DNA from: Amoebophrya sp. A120
Taxonomy: Eukaryota > Protista > Dinoflagellata
Reading direction: 5' to 3'
Length of the DNA stretch: 64,000 nucleotides
Assembly (NCBI GenBank): GCA_905178155.1
Contig: CAJINV010000006.1
Span: 2,954,658-3,018,657 of the forward strand
Part shown: piece after piece, positions 60,101 through 64,000 of the stretch
Numbering within the stretch: position 1 is the first letter of the stretch
Layout of the letters: each line of letters opens with the position of its first letter
Made by a program: the position numbers and the translations under genes
Notes under the pieces: generated by a model
The model's input: only the letters and a program-made list of their open reading frames with translations
The model's database searches: none
Told to the model about the DNA's origin: nothing

Positions 60101-63100
60101 TAAATGCAAGTCTTGCATTACAAGTCTTTTTCTTAAAGCAAATCCGCATGACAAATTTTATTTCTGATGCTGAGGAAATTTGTAATGCTAATGCATGTAT
60201 ACGATTACGAGTGCGATACTTTTGCAGTTCATAGACGGGCGAGGACGCCGACCTTTCCCAACGGCTACGCGCAGGTGGTAGACAGGCTGATATCAGCAAG
60301 AAAAATCCTCCCTCTCCATATCAAAACGGAAACCTGTGATGCAGATTTGTGATCACAAATCAGCCTTGTCATGCTACAAGGGAAAAGATGCGGACTGTAG
60401 TGCTAGGTGGCTTGGGAAATAAGCCTCGCATCTTCAGCATGACAGGAGGCAGCTGGAAGTGGGGAATAGCGTGACAAATTGCCTGCACACGAGGCCACAA
60501 CTGCGGCCCTTGGCCTTCTAGCAATGCAGGTCGATTTGTGTACTCAAATATATAGCGGCGGCAAAAGCTTATTTTTTGGAAAATTAAAAAAAGCATTGGG
60601 TGTCATAGATACTGGCCGCGAAGAGCACCACCATCGCCACGTGTGTCGAGCATGCTCGGCTGCGGCGCCTGTGCAGCCTCGGTTGGAATTAATCGGAGGA
60701 AAAGAAGGTCGGGCGCCTGGTTGACATAAATAATAGGTCCGGGGGGCTGGGCCTTACGAACTGCACTGCACTCGCGGGCCCGCGCTCTGGCTCGATGCCC
60801 CGCCGAGACCTGCGCCGATAGTAGTGGAGCCGCCGGCAACCGGGCCCTCGTGGCATGCTTGCCAGTGGCCTAGCGTATGTGTTTTGGCAGCGCGCCGGGC
60901 AGCAGGATGGGCCGGGGAGATGTGGCGAGGAGAAGCATTTCCCTGCCAGGTTTGTGAAAAGGCCTCGCGTAATGGCCGCGAGAAAATAACAACGCGCCCC
61001 GGGCTGCTAGGGGTGTGCGCTTTCCGCCTCCCGCAGCCCTTTCCGAAGCGTCGCCCGGCGGCTCTTGCTGCTTTTCTACCAGCTCTGGTGGTTGGCCCTT
61101 CGAGGGGCGATCGCTGGCGCGCCGGGGTTTCAGAGGGGCCGCGAAAGGGTCACCGGACTGGCAGGAGAACATGAAAAAAGCCCCGGAAACATGCGGCGGC
61201 CAAAAGCCGCGCCCGTTTTGAAACCTGGGAGTCAGAGCGCCTGCCGCCGGAGTACCACAACCAAACTCCGGGCTGGAGGGGCGGAAACTCTTGGTCGCTG
61301 CGGCTGTGTCACTCCCACCCCGGCCCCTGGAGGGGGCGTGGCAAGCAATTGGCCCGACCGAATGCCCGCCGCCCGGCACACCCCCAAAGCGCGGGGCTTT
61401 TGCCTCTTTTGGGGGGGCATGAAACGGCACCAAGCGGACTGCCTCTCCTGCGTGCGTTATGCTCCGCAAGGGCAGTGGGGGTTCGCAGAGTAAGCCAGGC
61501 CAGAAGGGCTTCATTGACCGCCAAAAGCGCCGCAAGCCCTGTCCCTTTCCTTTTTGCCGCGCCATAATCGGATCGGGACAAAGCACGTGGCCGAACCCTA
61601 CCCGCTCGACCAGTCCTACCGACTGCGCCAGGTCGGGCACCTTCAAAGGGGGCCAAGGACAGGGCGACGAAGATGCGCACCCACGGCCAAGGAAGGGGGC
61701 GCGCGCCCGCGAAGAAACGGCCGCCCACCCCTTCTGTGTGTTATCTCCGAGGCATGTCCCTAGCCCGCCCATCCGCGGAAACCCGGGGAAGCGGCAGGGC
61801 CCCGGCCGTGCCAAACGGACGAAAACCTCCCCCCCACCCGAGCATGCGCCGGCGGCGAGAGGAGGGGGAGCAACCTGAGCCGAACTTGTTGGGCCCTCTC
61901 TTCCGACAACCCGGAAACTGGTCGTCTCGAATGGGCAAAGGTTTCGTGGAACGGCGCGTGCCGAGCAGCCCGGGCCCAAGTGACACGCTTGTCGCTACGA
62001 CGGAGCTTCGGGTGGGAGGCTTCCCAACGGAAATGCGGGCCGGGCAACCGGAAACACCTTCCGGGGGAGGCTAAAGAGGCACCCCCCCAAAGTGGGTCCG
62101 TAGCATGCGGGGTCGCTCTTGCTTAGGGCCACTTTTGGAGACCCTATCCGGGCACCCCCGGCCGCGGGGCCCGGGGGGAGGCCGGAAGTGGAAAGCCAGC
62201 GGCGGCAAGGGCGGTCAAGCAGCACGCGGCCGACTTGCACCCCGGAGCGGCCGCGGGGCTGCGCAGCTGCCCGGAAGCGTGGCGCCGATTGCCTCGGCAA
62301 ACAAGAGCGCCGGCGATCCTGGCGCCCCACACGCGCTGGCTTCTGGTTTTGGCGCCATGCGTCCCTCGGTCTGGCCGAAGAAAAACAGCGACAACTAGCA
62401 CGGCCCACAGAATGCAGGTAGTGTTTTCCCCGGCAAATTGGTCCGCGTCCGCCCTGCATTGCCAGCTGGCCGGCTTCGCAATGTTGGCAGGGCGGCGCGC
62501 CGAAAGAGTAGGGCGTCCGTGAGGGTCCTGATGTTTTTGGCATCCTCTAAAAGGGCCCCGGGCGCCGCGCACCTCTGCGCCCTACCTCCGGCGCAAGCGC
62601 TGTGGGCCTCGGATCGGGCCAGGAAAACAGTGGGGCGGCGGAGCCAGGCCCAATCCTTTCCGCCGTACATTTTTCCGGAAATCGGCCAAAGGCACGGCGG
62701 TCGGCCGAGGGGGCTTTTCAGGTTGCCGCCCGCCCTGGTTGGGGCCACTAGAGCACGGCGCGCCGCGGTCGGGCCCCCCTTGCGCGGGCCGTCTGATCAG
62801 TTCCCCACCTGCAAAAAGGGGGGCCCGGCTGCCCCGCTGTGTTGCCCCGGGCTGTGGCGCTTGTACTCTAGCCTCCAAGCGTGCTGGCAGTGTCGCCGGG
62901 CGGCTGTTTTCCGCGAAATTTGTATACGAAATGCCGTCGGGTAGTTCTTGTAAGGAATCCCGCGACTTGGCGGAAGCTCGCTAGGGGGTGGCTTGGGAGG
63001 TGTAACCAAACCGCAGGCGCCTTGGTTGGGATGGAGCCACGCTTCCGCCCGCTTTGCAGAAATGGGGCTACTCGAAAAGGGCGAGCGCCGCGCGGTTGAG

Positions 63101-63809
63101 GAATTTATTGCGGTCGGCCGAGCGGGAGTCGTGGGCGGCGGCCGAGGGGTGTTGCGGCACCTCGCCGGGCAATCAGGGATGGGCATTGCGGCCGATGATG
63201 CCGCCTGAACGGGGCGCAGGAGCATGGCCCCTGGGCATCTGGTGCGGCGCAAGGCGCTCGCCCATTCCATATCACGCCGTGCCTTTGGCTTGGGCAGATT
63301 CGGCCGTGCCTGCCGGGCCTCCGCCTGCCCCGACCAAATTCGGAGCGGCGCAGACCTGGCGGGATTGGCCCGTCTAGGGGTCAACGACGGGCCCGGCCCC
63401 CTGCCCAGGATGCCCGCTCTGGCGTGCGCGGACGTTAAAGCTGACGCAACCTCTCGCGCCTTCTGCTAGGGGTTCTCTCTGCGGTGGTGTGATGTGTTTG
63501 ACTTTGCGGCAGCACGGCAGAGCAAACTGGGTAAGCGCTGCGCCGGCGTGGCTCTTACGCCGTCCTGAGTCCAGAAGCGTGATGATTCTGATGGGCTGCG
63601 GGGCCCACGATAAAGCCACCCAGTATTTTTTTTAATTTTCGCAAAAATAAGCTTCTGCCGCCGCTATACACAAATTTCGTTTTCGATATGGGGAGGCGGG
63701 GGGGTTTTTCCTCTTGATAGTTGAAGTATGGCGTGTCCTACCGGCAGTCCTACAATCATCCGAACCCGGTGATTCGGTCCCTGGACGGGTTGGGCGGGCA
63801 GTCGGTCGA
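57164..63809 (+). CDS. Hypothetical low-complexity protein, continues beyond window; 10 introners in window
   Basis: ATG 57164 (MNPLSKSKSFDHKQ). Frame is restored across 57276-57519, 57585-57863, 58200-58456, 58521-58782, 58858-59187, 59262-59420, 59635-59954, 60070-60233 and 60291-63719 (…VVDR|LKYGVSYRQSYNHP…). The next introner starts at 63810. Confidence 0.78.
57276..57519. mobile_element. Introner family K (TATC.TGAGAAAAA....TCTCAGTCTCAA)
   Basis: TIR present, TSD GTTGA, and removal restores the frame of the 57164 gene. Confidence 0.85.
60551..63668 (+). mobile_element. 3.1-kb TIR element with TAT..ATA ends carrying a decayed integrase, inserted in a family-D introner
   Basis: ~50-bp TIR: TATAGCGGCGGCAAAAGCTTATTTTTTGGAAAATTAAAAAAAGCATTGGGTG versus the reverse complement of the right end TATAGCGGCGGCAGAAGCTTATTTTTGCGAAAATTAAAAAAAATACTGGGTG. 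Interrupts introner 60291-63719. No clear TSD. Confidence 0.85.
61250..62510 (+). pseudogene. Decayed retroviral-type integrase (HHCC + DDE remnants)
   Basis: Motifs occur in the correct order across frameshifts/introns: EYHNQT..AGGAETL (61250-61292), LFWGGMK..DCLSCVR (61404-61457), KPGQKGFID (D ~61516), FLFAA / STWPNPTRSTSPTDCA, GGFPTEMRAGQ (62015-62047, second D position mutated), VVFSPANWSAS..RAERV (E ~62502). Identified by eye only. Confidence 0.6.
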
Positions 63810-64000
63810 TATCAAATGCAAAAGTGTTTGGGTCCTCTGGAAGAATGCAAGTTTGTCATGCTTGTCTGGCATGACTCGAGAGTCTGTGTTGCATAGGCAC
63901 GAAAAGGCCCTCTTACCTGTCATGCAAAAACGCAGTTTGCCATGCGGAATACGTGAGACGTGGCAGCTAAAAAATTTGCCATGCATAGCTGCGTATTGCA

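Noticed and set aside
60870-61979. 369-aa minus-strand ORF as the transposase of the 3.1-kb element
   Set aside because: It is G/P/R-rich with no motifs, and the integrase remnants are on the + strand.
2353-63986. Many supplied ORFs containing KMSGSG, LPDPDIF, CKNVWVWK, FQTQT or MLRKFVM
   Set aside because: They are translations of introner TIRs and interiors, not a protein family.
1-64000. tRNA, rRNA or spliced-leader genes
   Set aside because: None recognised by eye; a tRNAscan/Infernal run would be needed to exclude them.

Overview
This is eukaryotic nuclear DNA. By inference it is a syndinian dinoflagellate such as Amoebophrya, where TIR/direct-repeat non-canonical introner introns are known. 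About 100 short (130-325 bp) TIR elements in at least 11 TIR families are present. Nearly all end 5'-TAT...ATA-3' and are flanked by a 5-bp direct repeat. Removing each element plus one repeat copy rebuilds continuous reading frames for four long + strand genes: <1168-13346, 14544-31331 (secreted DUF5602-like protein), 45028-54795 and 57164->64000. The elements therefore behave as non-GT-AG introns, in either orientation. Larger mobile elements sit inside these introners: a 1.0-kb hAT-like element, a non-LTR 3' fragment, and two integrase-bearing elements. The first is an 8.4-kb TG..CA Ginger-like DNA transposon whose HHCC-DDE-GPY/F integrase gene is itself split by introners. The second is a 3.1-kb element with TAT..ATA ends and a decayed retroviral-type integrase; it is a candidate relative of the autonomous element that mobilises the introners. 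Most supplied ORFs are artefacts of the repeats. All translations and alignments were done by eye.
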